Notes: generated by a model from the letters alone, not told the origin. A stretch of DNA of 64,000 nucleotides from an uncultured Oscillospiraceae bacterium (GCA_902489475.1 CABUAH010000001.1:25919-89918), one strand, 5' to 3'; counted from the first letter of the stretch, positions 46,025 through 57,101 are shown. Numbers and translations: made by a program.

Positions 46025-48292
46025 ATGTTAAAAATGGAGACAACTTTAAAAAACACGGAAAAACTGCGCAGCTTTTCCATTGCAGGAATAACGATGATTT
46101 TAAGCTTCATCGCAACGGGAGGAGAGCTGTTTAATTATCCGTCACCGGTAAATGTAATAATAGCGGCGCTGAGCGGGAATTACGGTGTTTTTTCACTTGC
46201 GGCGTCGTTTTTGTCGTACATAATAAACGGAAATGTTTTTGAAGGAATAATTAATCTTTGCTCGATAGCAACTGTTATAGCAATAAGGCTCGTTGCCGGT
46301 CATTCGGAAAAAGCACCGCCTGCTGCATCAGCCCTTATGCCGGCAGCATCGTATATTTTATATTCTGCGATTATAAGCCTTGTATCAAACAGCGAGCTGG
46401 ATGCTGTGCTTTACAGGTTGTTAAGCGCTTTTTTGATCTTTTCAATAACATATTCCGTACAGGTGTGCTTTGAAAAGTATTTAGACGACGGAATGCTTGA
46501 AATGAACGGAAGAGCAGGCGTTATGATAGCGCTTATTTTTGTGATGTCCGTTTCGACTCTTTCAAGCGTATCAATTCTCGGAATTAATTTAGGAAGAGCA
46601 GTAGGCGTTGCCGTAATGCTGTTTGCAGCAAATAAATATAAATATATCGGCGGAGCGATTTACGGAGCGCTTTGTGCGGCAGGAATAATAATAAGCTCGC
46701 CTGATATGGCAAAAAACACGCTTCTTTTGGCACTCGCAGGACTTATATGCGGAGCATTTTCTTCACTTGGAATTGTTGCCGTTGTGATTTCGCTTATCGT
46801 AAGTATTTTAGGCGGTATTTTTATAATGGGAACAAATGCCGACTCCTTTAAGCTTCTTGCAGATATTATTGTGGGTGCAGTTATGTATTTGTGTTTGCCG
46901 GATAATAAGATCCTCTCTGCCTTCAGATTGGTAGGAGGAAAGCACAAATCGCCTGAACTCTCATGTCAAACGGCTGCGTCGAGGCTTGAATTTGCCTCGA
47001 AAAATATAAACGTCATAAGAGATCAGATACTGACCGTTACGGAAGCGCTTGAAAAGAAAATTGAACCGCCCGATTTATCAAAGGAGGTTCGTGTTTGCGT
47101 ATGCAGAGATTGCAGCAGATTTGCGTCGTGCTGGGAACATAATGCGCCGAGCGTAAAGAGTGCTTTTTTGCAGCTTTCCATGCGTGCTAATTTAAACGGA
47201 GCGATAACACTCGAAGATATACAAAACAAACACAGCAGCTGCTGTAAAAAAGAGGTGCTGATGAGCTCGTTTAATATGTTGTATATGAGTCTTCAGTACG
47301 AGCAGGACAGAAAGCATAGAATGAGCGAATTAAGAGAGCTTTTGTGTTCACAGCTGAAAATCATGTCGCAGCTTTTTGAAGATCTTTCGGACGATACAAG
47401 ACAACTCAATAAGATAGATGCAATTCTTTCGGACAGCATTGCGGATATTGTGTACAGGCAAGGAATTAAAAGTGCCAAAATATGTGCCTATATAGATTCG
47501 TCTAACAGACCAAGAGTTGAAATCTTTCTGCCCAAAAACGCAAAGCCTGACCTTGTGAAGCTTACCGTCGATATAGGTGAGGCGGCTTGTGCGGATTTCG
47601 ATTTACCTGTAGTAAGCACTGCTGAAAACATGAAGAAGCTTGAGTTTTCAACAAGACCGTATTATTCGATTGAATGGGATGTTTTATCAACAAGCGCTGT
47701 ATTCGGCGATTATTCAGGTGATTATTATGAGTTTATAAAAACCTCTTCAAATAGGCAGTTTATTGTTTTATCTGACGGAATGGGAACGGGAAAAAACGCA
47801 AGACTCGATTCGATGTTTACAGTAAATCTTGTGACAAGACTTCTTACCGGTGGTGCATCTGCTTCTACGTCAGCTGCAATTATAAATTCGGTCTTGAGAG
47901 TAAAAAGCTGGGAGGAGAGCTTTGCTACCCTTGATATAGCAGATATAGATTTATCAACCGGTGCATTGAGCGTTTTAAAATGCGGTGCGGCGCTTAGCTA
48001 TCTTATAAGGAAAGGAAATATAACGGTTTTGGATGCAAAAACCTTTCCGCTCGGAATTTTATCCTCTGCTACTCCCGAAACAGTCAGCATAAAGCTTGAA
48101 AGAGATGATATTTTGCTTTTGTGTTCTGATGGAATATCGAGAAGAGAAATTGAGAATGCTGTTTCAAATAAAAAATCGATAAACAAAAGATCCCCGAAAG
48201 AGATAATAAGAATGATAACAGAAGAGATAAGTCTTAAAAAAACGAATTCAAAGCCGGATGATGTAACAGTGATTGCTGTTAAGATAATTTGA
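46025..48292 (+). CDS. spoIIE: Stage II sporulation protein E (membrane PP2C phosphatase)
   Basis: A long N-terminal polytopic region, a central regulatory region and a C-terminal PP2C/SpoIIE domain (GDYYEFIK...VLSDGMGTGKNARLDS...LLCSDGI...DDVTVIAVKI). Confidence 0.85.
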   Translation: MLKMETTLKNTEKLRSFSIAGITMILSFIATGGELFNYPSPVNVIIAALSGNYGVFSLAASFLSYIINGNVFEGIINLCSIATVIAIRLVAGHSEKAPPAASALMPAASYILYSAIISLVSNSELDAVLYRLLSAFLIFSITYSVQVCFEKYLDDGMLEMNGRAGVMIALIFVMSVSTLSSVSILGINLGRAVGVAVMLFAANKYKYIGGAIYGALCAAGIIISSPDMAKNTLLLALAGLICGAFSSLGIVAVVISLIVSILGGIFIMGTNADSFKLLADIIVGAVMYLCLPDNKILSAFRLVGGKHKSPELSCQTAASRLEFASKNINVIRDQILTVTEALEKKIEPPDLSKEVRVCVCRDCSRFASCWEHNAPSVKSAFLQLSMRANLNGAITLEDIQNKHSSCCKKEVLMSSFNMLYMSLQYEQDRKHRMSELRELLCSQLKIMSQLFEDLSDDTRQLNKIDAILSDSIADIVYRQGIKSAKICAYIDSSNRPRVEIFLPKNAKPDLVKLTVDIGEAACADFDLPVVSTAENMKKLEFSTRPYYSIEWDVLSTSAVFGDYSGDYYEFIKTSSNRQFIVLSDGMGTGKNARLDSMFTVNLVTRLLTGGASASTSAAIINSVLRVKSWEESFATLDIADIDLSTGALSVLKCGAALSYLIRKGNITVLDAKTFPLGILSSATPETVSIKLERDDILLLCSDGISRREIENAVSNKKSINKRSPKEIIRMITEEISLKKTNSKPDDVTVIAVKII

Positions 48293-48471
48293 TATACTTG
48301 TTCTCTGACAAAATTTGTTATTTTGCGTTATTCAAATGCAATTCATCCAAAAGTTTTCCGCCGTTTTTCTGTTAAAGCTTTTTTAGAATACATATTGTGG
48401 AAATTTATTGTAAAATTGCACAAATTTTCATGTTAATTTATGTGCGATTTGGAAAATATGAATAAATACTA

Positions 48472-48500
48472 TTGCAAATGGCGGTGAAAAGATGTAGAAT
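48472..48500 (+). promoter_or_regulatory. Sigma-A promoter upstream of the glg operon
   Basis: TTGCAA (48472-77), a 17-nt spacer and TAGAAT (48495-500). Confidence 0.45.
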
Positions 48501-48533
48501 ATATATAATAACAAAAAGTATGGAGGAATGGGT

Positions 48534-50528
48534 ATGTCCGATAATCAAAGCAACAACTATGATTTTCCAATTATGCTTTTTCACGAGGGAACAAATTATA
48601 AAACAGGCGATTTTTTAGGTTCTCATGAGGGTGAGCTTGACGGAAAAAATGGGCACTTTTTCAGAGTATGGGCACCTCATGCGAAATCGGTCAGCGTAGT
48701 CGGTGATTTTAATAACTGGGACGAAACAAAAAATGTAATGTCACGTCTTGTTGACAACCAGATTTGGGAGTGTTTTATTCCGGGTCTTAAAGAATATGAT
48801 TTGTACAAATATTGCATAACCACAAGCGATGGAGAAAAGCTATTTAAGGCTGATCCTTACGGCGTGCATATGCAGGTTCCGCCCGGAACAGCTTCTAAAA
48901 TTTATTCGGTTGACGGTTTTAAATGGACTGACTCTGAATACATTGAAAAAAAGCAGAAGAAAAATATATATAAAAGTCCTATGAACATTTATGAGGTTCA
49001 TTTTAATTCGTGGAAGCAATATCCTGACGGCAACTTTTACACATATGATAAGTTTGCTGAAGAAATGATACCTTATATAACGGAGATGGGTTATACTCAT
49101 ATTGAGTTTATGCCTCTTTCGGAATATCCGTTTGACGGCTCTTGGGGCTATCAGCAGATGGGATATTTTGCTCCTACATCGAGATTTGGAACGCCAAAGG
49201 ATTTTATGAAAATGATAAATGATTTTCATAATGCCGGAATAGGTGTGATCCTCGATTGGGTTCCTGCTCATTTCCCTAGAGATGCGGCAGGACTTGCGGA
49301 TTTTGACGGTTCTGCGTGTTATGAGTATTCCGACTGGCGAAAGGGAGAACATAAATCTTGGGGAACAAAGGTATTTGATTACGGGAAAAACGAGGTCGTT
49401 TCTTTCCTTATTTCAAATGCAGTTTACTGGCTTGAAAAATACCACATTGACGGATTGCGTGTTGACGCAGTAGCGTCTATGCTCTATCTTGATTATGATC
49501 GAAGGGACGGCGAATGGCTTCCAAACATTAACGGCGGAAATGAAAATCTTGAGGCTATTAAATTTTTCAAAGATCTCAATTCAGCTGTATTTGAAAGATT
49601 TCCAAATGCACTTATGATAGCAGAGGAATCTACGGCATGGCCTATGGTTACTAAGCCTGCAAGTGACGGTGGACTCGGTTTCAACTTTAAGTGGAATATG
49701 GGCTGGATGAACGATATGCTAAAGTATATGTCGCTTGATCCTATCCATAGGGCTTTTCACCACAACGCTTTGACATTCTCATTCTTTTATGCGTTTTCCG
49801 AGAATTTCGTGCTTCCTATTTCTCATGACGAAGTAGTTCACGGAAAGGGTTCTTTAATTAACAAGATGTTTGGCGATACCGACCAAAAGTTTGCACAGGC
49901 AAAGGCATTTCTCGGCTTTATGATGGCGCATCCGGGAAAGAAGCTTTTGTTTATGGGCAGTGAGTTTGCTCAGTTCCGTGAATGGGATTATGAAAACGGA
50001 CTTGAATGGTTTATGATCGACGAATATGAGAATCATAGAAATTTTCAAAAATTTGTTAAAAACCTAAATAAGTTCTACCTTGATAATTCGCCACTTTGGG
50101 AGATAGATTTTTCGTGGGAAGGCTTCTCGTGGATTTCAAATGATGATTACACTCAGAGTATTATTGTATTTAGGCGTATTGATGATTCGGGAAATGAAAT
50201 TATAGTTGTATGTAATTTCGTGCCTGTGTCAAGAACCGGATACAGCTTCGGAGTGCCGTATAAGGGAACATACACCGAAGTTTTCAATACTGCGTCTGAT
50301 GTCGGAAAACCGTATCTTAACAAGAAAGTAAAGAGCAAGGCGGTTCCTATGCACGGATATGATAATTCTATAACTATTGATATTCCTGCTTATTCTACAA
50401 TGTATTTTAAATACGAAAAGCCGAAGCCAAGAGCAAAAAAGGCTGCGGCTGCAAAAGGCACAAAGTCAGTGCAGAAAAAGACGGCGTCAAAAGAAACTAA
50501 AAGCGCTAAAAACAAAAGTGAAAAATAA
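48534..50528 (+). CDS. glgB: 1,4-alpha-glucan branching enzyme
   Basis: [21 protein letters not shown]...[12 protein letters not shown]...[12 protein letters not shown]...AEESTAWP...[15 protein letters not shown] lies 7 nt before the ATG at 48534. The tail is Lys/Ala-rich. Confidence 0.95.
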   Translation: MSDNQSNNYDFPIMLFHEGTNYKTGDFLGSHEGELDGKNGHFFRVWAPHAKSVSVVGDFNNWDETKNVMSRLVDNQIWECFIPGLKEYDLYKYCITTSDGEKLFKADPYGVHMQVPPGTASKIYSVDGFKWTDSEYIEKKQKKNIYKSPMNIYEVHFNSWKQYPDGNFYTYDKFAEEMIPYITEMGYTHIEFMPLSEYPFDGSWGYQQMGYFAPTSRFGTPKDFMKMINDFHNAGIGVILDWVPAHFPRDAAGLADFDGSACYEYSDWRKGEHKSWGTKVFDYGKNEVVSFLISNAVYWLEKYHIDGLRVDAVASMLYLDYDRRDGEWLPNINGGNENLEAIKFFKDLNSAVFERFPNALMIAEESTAWPMVTKPASDGGLGFNFKWNMGWMNDMLKYMSLDPIHRAFHHNALTFSFFYAFSENFVLPISHDEVVHGKGSLINKMFGDTDQKFAQAKAFLGFMMAHPGKKLLFMGSEFAQFREWDYENGLEWFMIDEYENHRNFQKFVKNLNKFYLDNSPLWEIDFSWEGFSWISNDDYTQSIIVFRRIDDSGNEIIVVCNFVPVSRTGYSFGVPYKGTYTEVFNTASDVGKPYLNKKVKSKAVPMHGYDNSITIDIPAYSTMYFKYEKPKPRAKKAAAAKGTKSVQKKTASKETKSAKNKSEK

Positions 50529-50555
50529 ACTATTAATAAATTAGGCGGTGATCTG

Positions 50556-51764
50556 ATGATTAACAAAAAAGAAATTGTTGCAATGCTTTTGGCAGGCGGA
50601 CAGGGAAGCCGTTTGTACGCACTTACCAAACAGATTGCAAAGCCAGCCGTACCTTACGGCGGAAAGTACAGAATAATTGATTTTCCACTATCAAACTGTA
50701 TTAACTCCGGAATTGACACGGTAGGCGTGCTCACCCAATATCAGCCATTAGCGATGAATGACTATATTGGAAACGGTCAGCCATGGGATCTTGACCGAAA
50801 CAACGGAGGAGTTCATATTCTTGCTCCGTATCAGTCTCAAAGAGGTGCTGAATGGTATGCCGGCACGGCAAATGCCATTTATCAGAATCTTTCTTTTATG
50901 GAAAGATATGATCCGGAATATGTTGTAATTCTTTCCGGTGATCATATCTATAAGATGGATTACAGCGAAATGCTCAAATACCACAAGGAGAAAAATGCTG
51001 ACTGTACGATTGCAGTTTTGGACGTTGACCTTGAGGAAGCTTCACGTTTCGGAATTATGTTTGCAAAAGATGACGGGGAGATATATGACTTCGTTGAAAA
51101 ACCGAAAGAGCCTAAGAGTACGCTTGCGTCTATGGGAATTTATATTTTCTCATTCGATGTTTTGAAAAAGTATCTTACAGAGAACGAAAATGACAAGCGT
51201 GAGGACAACGCAAAGGACTTTGGAAAAGATATAATCCCTATGATGCTTGCCGACAACAAACGTCTTTTCGCATATCGCTTTGAGGGATACTGGAAAGACG
51301 TAGGAACAATCGACAGCTTGTGGGAAGCAAATATGGATCTTATAAATCCAAACATTCCGATAGACTTGTATGATCCTACATGGAAGATTTATTCGAGAAA
51401 TCCGGTATTGCCTCCGCAGAGCATCGGAAAGAATGCAAAAATTCAAAACTCGATGGTGACAGAAGGCTGTGTTATTGACGGAACGGTTGATTTTTCAATG
51501 ATCTCGGACGGAGTTACTATTGAAAAGGGAGCAACCGTAACTGATTCGATTTTGATGCCGGGAAGTGTTGTAAAATCGGGTGCAGTCGTTGAGTATGCGA
51601 TTATCGGCGAGCGCTCTGTAATCGGTGAGAATGCAAAGGTCGGCGCAAGACCTGAAAATGTTGAGAACAGGGACGAATGGGGAGTTGCTGTTGTCGGACA
51701 TGAAATAACAATTTCTGACGGAGCTGTTGTTGCGCCAAAAGAAATTGTAGGCGAAAATAAGTAA
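50556..51764 (+). CDS. glgC: Glucose-1-phosphate adenylyltransferase
   Basis: [16 protein letters not shown]...[26 protein letters not shown]...[10 protein letters not shown]...FVEKPK...WKDVGT. Confidence 0.95.
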   Translation: MINKKEIVAMLLAGGQGSRLYALTKQIAKPAVPYGGKYRIIDFPLSNCINSGIDTVGVLTQYQPLAMNDYIGNGQPWDLDRNNGGVHILAPYQSQRGAEWYAGTANAIYQNLSFMERYDPEYVVILSGDHIYKMDYSEMLKYHKEKNADCTIAVLDVDLEEASRFGIMFAKDDGEIYDFVEKPKEPKSTLASMGIYIFSFDVLKKYLTENENDKREDNAKDFGKDIIPMMLADNKRLFAYRFEGYWKDVGTIDSLWEANMDLINPNIPIDLYDPTWKIYSRNPVLPPQSIGKNAKIQNSMVTEGCVIDGTVDFSMISDGVTIEKGATVTDSILMPGSVVKSGAVVEYAIIGERSVIGENAKVGARPENVENRDEWGVAVVGHEITISDGAVVAPKEIVGENK

Positions 51765-51777
51765 GGAGGGAAAAGAT

Positions 51778-52905
51778 ATGTCAATTAATATGAAAAATGT
51801 TTTGGGAATCGTGTTTGCAAATATGCACGATATGACTGTCGAATCCCTTACTCAAAAAAGAACTATGGGTTCGATCCTTTTCGGTGGAAGATACAGACTT
51901 ATTGATTTTCCGCTGTCAAACATGGTAAACAGCGGTATTACAAATATCGGTGTTGTAACAAAGCACAATTATCAGTCGCTTTTGGATCATATGGGAAACG
52001 GAAGGTCGTGGGATCTTTCTAGAAAGAACGGAGGACTTCACATTCTTCCTCCTTTCGGAAATAATGAAAGCACTCTTTACAGAGGACGGCTTGAAGCCTT
52101 GTACGGTGCAATAAGCTTTATAACACACGCTCCGCAGGAGTATGTTGTAATGAGCGACTGTGATGTAATAGCAAATATTGATTTCAGACCGATCGTTTCT
52201 TTCCATGAAAAGAGCGGAGCTGACATAACTGTTGTGACAAGCACAGGAAAGCTCAATTCCTATGAAACAAAACAGGGAACCTTTATGACAGTTGACAGTC
52301 AGGGAAGAGTTCAGGAGGTTTTGATTCACAGCGGTCTTGAGGGAACAGGAGCTTTAAACCTTAATATGTACGTTGTTAAAAAAGATTTCCTCGTTGACAT
52401 AATCATGTCATATACGGCAAAGGGAATGTATAGCTTTGAAAGAGATGTTTTACAGGCTAAGAAAAACGAGCTTAAAATAATGGCATATGATTATCAAGGA
52501 TATTACAAGCAAATTTGCAGTATTCTCTCTTACTTTAACGCAAACATGGATCTTTTGGATGTTAAAAATTCAAAGGAGCTGTTTAACAGGAATCATCCGA
52601 TATACACAAAGCTTAAAGATAATGCTCCGTCAAAATACGGACTTGACAGCAAGGTTACTAATTCGCTTATTGCGGACGGATGTGTGATAGACGGCGAGGT
52701 TGAAAACTGTGTACTGTTCAGAGGCGTAAAAATAGGTAAAGGTTCTGTTGTTAAGAATTCTATTCTTATGCAGGATACTGTTGTTGGAGAGAATACAACA
52801 ATTGACTATGCAATAACAGATAAAAACGTTGTTGTAGGTGATAAGAGAAGTCTTTCAAGCTCAGAGAGCTTTCCTATATATGTAGCTAAGGACGCAAAGG
52901 TTTAA
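51778..52905 (+). CDS. glgD: Glucose-1-phosphate adenylyltransferase subunit GlgD
   Basis: A GlgC paralogue lacking the GGxGxRL loop (LFGGRYRLIDFPLSNMVNSGI...). It sits directly after glgC, as in Firmicutes glgCD pairs. Confidence 0.85.
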   Translation: MSINMKNVLGIVFANMHDMTVESLTQKRTMGSILFGGRYRLIDFPLSNMVNSGITNIGVVTKHNYQSLLDHMGNGRSWDLSRKNGGLHILPPFGNNESTLYRGRLEALYGAISFITHAPQEYVVMSDCDVIANIDFRPIVSFHEKSGADITVVTSTGKLNSYETKQGTFMTVDSQGRVQEVLIHSGLEGTGALNLNMYVVKKDFLVDIIMSYTAKGMYSFERDVLQAKKNELKIMAYDYQGYYKQICSILSYFNANMDLLDVKNSKELFNRNHPIYTKLKDNAPSKYGLDSKVTNSLIADGCVIDGEVENCVLFRGVKIGKGSVVKNSILMQDTVVGENTTIDYAITDKNVVVGDKRSLSSSESFPIYVAKDAKV

Positions 52906-52984
52906 TATATCGGTATATGTTTCACCCATCTTGATGGAAGAAGTATATATTGCTGGTTATTAGACGTAAAAATTATAGGCAAAG

Positions 52985-53017
52985 GCTTCATCAAATACTT
53001 GCGTTGATGAAGCTTTT
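52985..53017 (+). terminator. Perfect 10-bp hairpin plus T4 between glgD and glgA (internal attenuator/terminator candidate)
   Basis: gcttcatcaa (52985-94) pairs with ttgatgaagc (53004-13) and is followed by tttt. A TATGAT hexamer with an upstream TGT follows immediately. Confidence 0.4.
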
Positions 53018-53060
53018 GTGTTATGATATGGTTAATGAGAAAAAAAGGGGAATGTGTTTT

Positions 53061-54482
53061 ATGAATATTTTATATACAGCATCAGAGGCTCTCCCTTATA
53101 TCGCTTCGGGCGGACTTGCAGATGTTGCGGGATCACTTCCGGCAGCAATTAACGCACAGGGACATGATTGCAGGGTTGTAATTCCATTGTACGGACAGAT
53201 TAAGCAAGAGCTAAAAGACGGTCTTACTTTTTTGACGAACTTTACTGTACCTGTAGCTTGGAGAAACCAATACTGCGGAGTTTTTGTTGGGAATGTAAAC
53301 GGAGTTACCTACTATCTTTTGGATAATGAATATTACTTCGGAAGAAACGGTCTTTATGGATTTTATGATGATGCGGAGAGATATGTTTTCTTCTCCCGTG
53401 CGGTATTGGAGCTTATTCGTTATATTGACTTTAAGCCAAATGTTATAAACGCAAATGACTGGCAGACCGCATTAGTTCCCGTTTACTACGATATATTTTA
53501 CAGATATCAATCGGGCTACGAGGATATAAAAACGGTATTCACGATCCATAACATTCAGTATCAAGGAAGATACGGACTTGATCTTATCGGAGATATTATG
53601 GGAATTCCGCTTTATCATACTGATTTGCTTTCGTATGACGGAGATGTGAACTTTATGAAGGCTGCAATTGAGGTGGCTGATAAGGTTACAACCGTTTCGC
53701 CGACATATGCTTGGGAGATCTTAGATCCTTGGTATTCCCATGGTCTTGACAGAGCGCTCGCAGGAAAGCAATACAAGCTTTGCGGCTTCTTAAACGGAAT
53801 CGACCAAAATATTTACAATCCTGAAACTGACCCGATCATAGCAAGAAATTATGGACTTAAGGATAAATCCGGCAAAAAGGTTTGTAAAAGAGCTTTATGT
53901 GAGGAAATGGGAATTGTTCCGGGAAAAGAGCCTGTTATCGGAATTGTTACAAGATTTGTTTCTCATAAGGGACTTGACCTCATAAAATATGTCTTTGAGG
54001 ACATTGTTAATTTAGGATATAAGTTTGCAATATTGGGAAGCGGCGAAAAGATTTATGAAGATTTCTTTACTGAAATGAGCTACCGTTATCCTGACAGAGT
54101 AGGCGTAAAGATAGGCTTTATTCCTGCCCTTTCTAAGAAAATTTATGCGGGTGCGGATATGTTTTTAATGCCGTCGCAAAGCGAGCCTTGCGGACTTGCA
54201 CAGATGATTTCTCTCAGATACGGCACAATTCCTATCGTAAGAGAAACAGGTGGTCTTAAAGACTCGATTCAGGACGCAGGCGATCCAAACGGACAGCTTA
54301 TGGGCAATGGATTTACATTTAAAACCTACAATGCACATGATATGCTTGATGCTTGTGCAAGAGCGAGAGGATATTATGACAATAAGATGAAGTGGGGAAG
54401 ACTTGTAAATAATGCATTTAGACAAGACTTTAGCTGGGAAAAATCAGCGAAGCTTTATATCGGTTTATACGAAAATATGTAA
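53061..54482 (+). CDS. glgA: Glycogen synthase
   Basis: MNILYTASEALPYIASGGLADVAGSLP...NDWQTAL...PSQSEPCGLAQM...RETGGLKDS. The ATG at 53061 has AGGGGA 8 nt upstream. Confidence 0.93.
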   Translation: MNILYTASEALPYIASGGLADVAGSLPAAINAQGHDCRVVIPLYGQIKQELKDGLTFLTNFTVPVAWRNQYCGVFVGNVNGVTYYLLDNEYYFGRNGLYGFYDDAERYVFFSRAVLELIRYIDFKPNVINANDWQTALVPVYYDIFYRYQSGYEDIKTVFTIHNIQYQGRYGLDLIGDIMGIPLYHTDLLSYDGDVNFMKAAIEVADKVTTVSPTYAWEILDPWYSHGLDRALAGKQYKLCGFLNGIDQNIYNPETDPIIARNYGLKDKSGKKVCKRALCEEMGIVPGKEPVIGIVTRFVSHKGLDLIKYVFEDIVNLGYKFAILGSGEKIYEDFFTEMSYRYPDRVGVKIGFIPALSKKIYAGADMFLMPSQSEPCGLAQMISLRYGTIPIVRETGGLKDSIQDAGDPNGQLMGNGFTFKTYNAHDMLDACARARGYYDNKMKWGRLVNNAFRQDFSWEKSAKLYIGLYENM

Positions 54483-54591
54483 CAGAAAGTCGGGGAATGG
54501 TTTCTTCGCTTAAATAAAACGGCTTATAGAAAAAGAAAGTGCCGAAAAATAATATTAAATTGAATAGTTTAGCTCTATTGTGACAAAACTG

Positions 54592-54636
54592 AATACAAAT
54601 AGCCCGAATTGGTCGGGCTGTTTGTATTACTTTTTT
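54592..54636 (+). terminator. Rho-independent terminator after glgA
   Basis: A 16-bp stem aatacaaatagcccga/tcgggctgtttgtatt (one mismatch) followed by T6 (54631-36). Confidence 0.7.
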
Positions 54637-54649
54637 AGGAGACGTTGAA

Positions 54650-56089
54650 ATGAGAAGGTTTTTAAAAAGAGCTGTGAGCGGTATTATAACCTTGGCTATG
54701 GTGCTGTCTGTAAGCGCTGTGCTGCCGGCAAATGCGGCTGAAGGCGGAACAATGATAGAAATAGTTAAGGAAAAGCAGGTCGTTGACAGCATGACTTACA
54801 ACGGAAAAACTATCTACGCTATTTATCATCCTATTGATAAGCTTTCAAGTGAGGAAGTATTTTCCGATGAAGTTTACTCGTGTGCGGCACTGGTAAAAAA
54901 GTTTTATAAATCGGTTTTTTCTATTAATATGGATTGGCTTATGCCCGGAAATGATCCTACAGCATTAAACGCTGAATTTGTAAAAACATCGTCCCCAAAG
55001 GTCGGAGATATTTATATGTCAAACAATCATTGGGCAATTGTAAAAAAGGTGAGCGGTTCCAAAGTTACCTTGTTTGAGCAAAATTGGTGTTGGCTTGGCG
55101 GTGAAAAAGGAAAAACAACTTATGCTCAATACGGAAGATGCGTTGATACTAAGGCGCTTGATAAGAGCATCGGAGAAACTTTTTATACTGTTAAAAAAGG
55201 CAGCACGAATTTACTGCCGTCAATTTCAGAAATCGCTATAAAGATTGGAGTTGTTACTAACTTCAGAGCGGCGTCTATTGCAGAGACAAGCATAAAATTG
55301 GCTTGGGATAAGGTAACCGGTGCAGACGGATATATAGTATACAAATTTGATGAGCGCATAAAAACTTGGGTGCGGCTGATAAAGACAGCCTCCGCATCCA
55401 CCACTACATATACAGTTTCAAAACTCAGCGCAGGAACTACATACAAATTTGCTGTAAGGGCATACAAAAATGTTAACGGCAACGCAGTGGCAAACTCAAC
55501 CTTTCCTACAGTAGCTGCCACAACTCTGCTTAATAAAGTTACAGGCTTTGAAGCGCCGATTGTTTCCTATTCGGCAGTAAAACTAGCATGGAATAAGGTT
55601 CCTAATGCCGACGGATATATTGTGTATAGGTATGACAATGCGAAAAAATCATGGGTGAGAATTAAAAAGACTATAACTTCGGATAATGCATATATTGCAG
55701 GTAAGCTTTCAAGCGCTACTGCATATAAATTTGCTGTTAAAGCGTATAGGACCGTAAACGGCAAGGAAATTACAAGTTCATCTTTCCCACAGATTGAAAC
55801 TGTTACGAAGCTTGCACCCGCAAAACCGTCAGGTCAGCTTGTTGGGAAGCATACAGTTAAAACTGCATGGGAAAAGGTTCCGAATGCAGGCGGGTATATA
55901 GTTTATAAGTACAACAACTCAAAGAAAAGCTGGGAGAGAACGGGTAAAACAACCACGTTGAGCCATACATACAGCAATCTCGCAAGCAATGCAAGCTATA
56001 AATTTACAGTTAAGGCATATAAACAGATGAACGGAAAAGAAATTACCAGCACAAGCTTTACGCCTGTTTCGGTTAAGACGAAAAAATAG
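54650..56089 (+). CDS. Secreted protein: CHAP/NlpC-like cysteine-peptidase-type domain plus three fibronectin type III repeats
   Basis: A signal peptide (ITLAMVLSVSAVLPANA). A Cys/His pair in YSCAALVKKFY and NNHWAIVKKV. Then three ~90-aa repeats with (L/T)AW(D/N/E)KV..A.GYIVY(K/R).....K.W..........Y....L...(T/A/S)YKF.V(R/K)AY. Confidence 0.65.
   Translation: MRRFLKRAVSGIITLAMVLSVSAVLPANAAEGGTMIEIVKEKQVVDSMTYNGKTIYAIYHPIDKLSSEEVFSDEVYSCAALVKKFYKSVFSINMDWLMPGNDPTALNAEFVKTSSPKVGDIYMSNNHWAIVKKVSGSKVTLFEQNWCWLGGEKGKTTYAQYGRCVDTKALDKSIGETFYTVKKGSTNLLPSISEIAIKIGVVTNFRAASIAETSIKLAWDKVTGADGYIVYKFDERIKTWVRLIKTASASTTTYTVSKLSAGTTYKFAVRAYKNVNGNAVANSTFPTVAATTLLNKVTGFEAPIVSYSAVKLAWNKVPNADGYIVYRYDNAKKSWVRIKKTITSDNAYIAGKLSSATAYKFAVKAYRTVNGKEITSSSFPQIETVTKLAPAKPSGQLVGKHTVKTAWEKVPNAGGYIVYKYNNSKKSWERTGKTTTLSHTYSNLASNASYKFTVKAYKQMNGKEITSTSFTPVSVKTKK
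55250..56086 (+). repeat. Three tandem ~275-290 nt coding repeats (Fn3 modules)
   Basis: The units start near 55250, 55538 and 55811. Nucleotide similarity is visible, for example gcttgggataaggtaaccggtgcagacggatatatagta, gcatggaataaggttcctaatgccgacggatatattgtg and gcatgggaaaaggttccgaatgcaggcgggtatatagtt. Confidence 0.6.
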
Positions 56090-56131
56090 AGTGGTATGTG
56101 CACGGTGTGTGTATGTTGATAAAACAAAAAA

Positions 56132-56180
56132 GAATACCCAATGAAAAGAAGTCGTATACTTTCTTTCACTGGGTATTTTT
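56132..56180. terminator. Long imperfect hairpin between convergent genes (bidirectional terminator)
   Basis: gaatacccaatgaaaagaag...ctttctttcactgggtatt followed by ttttt. It lies between the stop at 56089 (+) and the ispE stop at 56220 (-). Confidence 0.55.
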
Positions 56181-56219
56181 ATGCTTATAATTTTCTGCTT
56201 CAAAACGGTAATTATATTT

Positions 56220-57098
56220 CTAATCGTCCAATAAAACTCCGTATGAAACAGGTTCAGTGATGCTGACAAACGGAAACTTGTCCTTAAGCTCTTTGAAAGC
56301 CTTTTCAGCAGTGCTTTTGCGTTTGAAAAGCCCGAAAACAGCACTTCCGCTTCCGGTCATCATTGATCCAAGTGCACCGTTACACGAAAGAGCGTTTTTC
56401 GGCTCGTCAATCACATCTCTCGGCGTAATGAATTCCAATATATTAAACATATTCTTTGAAAGCTTTTTGATACTGCCCTGCGCAATGGAATCCAACAACT
56501 TGTTTTGCTTGAAGTTGGTGTTAATATGCATACTGTCATAACGCTTGTATGCAGCTTCAGTAGGGGATAAAACATCTGATTTTACTATAACTGCATGGAA
56601 GTTAATTAGAGGAATTAACGGAGTTAGCTTTTCACCGATTCCCTCACAGAGAACAGTTCCTCCTGTTAAGCAAAACGGCACATCAGCTCCGATTCTTTCG
56701 CCGATTTTTAATAGTTCTTTTTTTGAAAAATCCAGGTCATAGAGTTTGTTAAGCGCAATAAGCGTAGCGGCTGCATCAGCACTTCCGCCGCCAAGTCCTG
56801 CACCGTGCGGGATTTTCTTTTCAATGTGAATTTTTATTCCGCCAAGAATTTCTTTTTCAGATTTCTCAAAAAGCTTTGCCGCAGCTTTATATACGATGTT
56901 TTTGTCATCTGTCGGAATGCTTTCGTCATCGCACGTTATAAATATTCCTTTATCATCACACTTTTCAAATCTCAATATATCATGCAGAGAAATGCTTTGC
57001 ATAATTGTTGAAAGAAGATGATAACCGTCCTCACGAACTCCGGTTATATCGAGCGATAAATTTATTTTTGCATAAGCCTTTGCGGTAATCTTATTCAT
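56220..57098 (-). CDS. ispE: 4-diphosphocytidyl-2-C-methyl-D-erythritol kinase
   Basis: AKAYAKINLSLDITGVREDGYHLL...KKIPHGAGLGGGSADAAA...TGSGSAVFG. Confidence 0.9.
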   Translation of the reverse strand: MNKITAKAYAKINLSLDITGVREDGYHLLSTIMQSISLHDILRFEKCDDKGIFITCDDESIPTDDKNIVYKAAAKLFEKSEKEILGGIKIHIEKKIPHGAGLGGGSADAAATLIALNKLYDLDFSKKELLKIGERIGADVPFCLTGGTVLCEGIGEKLTPLIPLINFHAVIVKSDVLSPTEAAYKRYDSMHINTNFKQNKLLDSIAQGSIKKLSKNMFNILEFITPRDVIDEPKNALSCNGALGSMMTGSGSAVFGLFKRKSTAEKAFKELKDKFPFVSITEPVSYGVLLDD

Positions 57099-57101
57099 AG
57101 T

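Noticed and set aside
48840-49352. A 170-codon minus-strand ORF
   Set aside because: It is antisense to glgB and its translation is Arg/Ile-rich nonsense.
52950-53060. The N-terminal extension of glgA from a TTG at 52950 (ORF-track start)
   Set aside because: The extension covers the hairpin and T-run and has no GlgA homology. The canonical MNILYTASE... start at 53061 has a proper RBS.
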